A stretch of DNA of 64,000 nucleotides from the NCBI GenBank assembly GCA_002269645.1, contig NIVC01001545.1, forward strand, positions 180,886-244,885. Reading direction: 5' to 3'. Each line of letters starts with the position of its first letter. The first letter of the stretch is position 1. Below the pieces are notes generated by a model. The model saw only the letters and a program-made list of their open reading frames with translations, did not search any database and was not told the DNA's origin. This document shows, one piece after another, positions 62,981 through 64,000 of this stretch. This DNA comes from Macrostomum lignano. Lineage: Eukaryota. A program made the translations under genes and the position numbers.

Positions 62981-63516
62981 TAAAGAAGGGCGAGTGGTAC
63001 TGTAGATTCTAGCTATCAGTACTAAAGACAAGAGGAGAACGCGCCCGCAGCTGCAAAAGTGGGGGCGAACACTTTCGAAAGATTTGATTAATCCGCAATC
63101 GCTGGCTAAAGCTAGGCTTAAGAAGACCGGTCTCGCACATGACAGAGACAAACAGGCTGAGGCAGAAGGCAGAAATCCAACAAACCACTTTACCGAGTGT
63201 CAGTCAGACTTGGGGTGGGCGAAGCAAAAAAATTTGTTTGCGATTTTTCCTGCAGCCTTCCTTCCTTCAGTTCAGACAATTTCTGGGGCAGGATTGGAAC
63301 ATTCGGTGCGAAATGGGTTTGCACTGGGGAGTCGCTTATCTGTAATGCATGACGTCCAGCGCTTCCACGCGTTCTCTTCTCTCCCAGGAGTTCAACTGAT
63401 TTCCGCTTATCGCGCTTAAAATGCTTGGCGCCCCACCGAATCGTTTACGGTTCTCTCCTGTACAAGTAGTTTTAACGGGCTGATGCTTTATGGTACAAGT
63501 ACATCAGACAGCGAAT

Positions 63517-63590
63517 GCTACTACTACCACTACCACTACTACTACTACCACTACTACTACTACCTACTACTACTACTACTACTACTGCTG

Positions 63591-63624
<34 letters not shown>

Positions 63625-63628
63625 ACTA

Positions 63629-63711
<83 letters not shown>

Positions 63712-63732
63712 TACTACTACTACTACTACTAG
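63517..63732. repeat. (CTA)n microsatellite
   Basis: Directly visible. Confidence 0.95.
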
Positions 63733-63829
63733 CTATGGATGAAAATATTTAAATAGCCATCCACGCCAGTAGCGTAGCCAATCGCCTGGGGGGTTTGGGT
63801 TGGGCGCGGCGGTGCCAAACCATGAGGCA

Positions 63830-63975
63830 ATTGAGTGCCTGCGGCGCTTAAATGGTGCCAGCGGCGCCAAATGAGTACCTGCGGCGCCAAAGTGAGTGCC
63901 TGCGGCGCCAAGAAAGTGCCAGCGGCGCCAAAAAAGTGCCAGCGGCGCTAAAAAAAGTGCCAGCGGCGCCAAAAG
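63830..63975. repeat. About 22-bp repeat GCGGCGCCAAA..GTGCC(A/T)
   Basis: About 6 copies near the window end. Confidence 0.8.
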
Positions 63976-64000
63976 TGGCAATGGCATAAGGCATGGCCAG

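Noticed and set aside
60084-63752. Long Ser/Leu, Arg/Glu/Gly and Thr/Tyr ORFs
   Set aside because: They are translations of CT, GA and CTA simple repeats.
1-64000. Regular arrays as CRISPR candidates
   Set aside because: All are head-to-tail tandem repeats without unique spacers, the context is eukaryotic, and no cas genes are present.

Overview
Eukaryotic (invertebrate animal) genomic DNA. GC-rich exons separated by satellite-filled introns suggest a flatworm such as Macrostomum, but this is unverified. Three host genes are partly visible: NOP9 (+, 3' exons), ARFGAP2/3 (-) and MMD/PAQR11-like (-). The main feature is a complete 16.5-kb Polinton/Maverick (adintovirus-like endogenous virus) at 4182-20725, with 135-bp terminal inverted repeats, AGTAGT termini and a 6-bp target-site duplication. 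It encodes protein-primed PolB, a chromodomain integrase, major and minor capsid proteins, an adenain-like protease, a packaging ATPase and a basic core-like protein. It also carries unusual transcription-related cargo: a TATA-binding-protein (TBP) homolog, a tandem PC4/Sub1-domain protein, and a zinc-finger/LxCxE/polyproline-repeat ORF. The same ATATAAGGAC motif faces inward upstream of the first ORF at each end. Every frameshift in the element, and one in the host ARFGAP gene, can be repaired by adding single bases to homopolymer runs, so these may be assembly errors and the element may be nearly intact. The rest of the window contains a young non-autonomous LTR element, two tRNA-derived SINEs, decayed hAT, THAP/P-element and tyrosine-recombinase elements, and many satellites.
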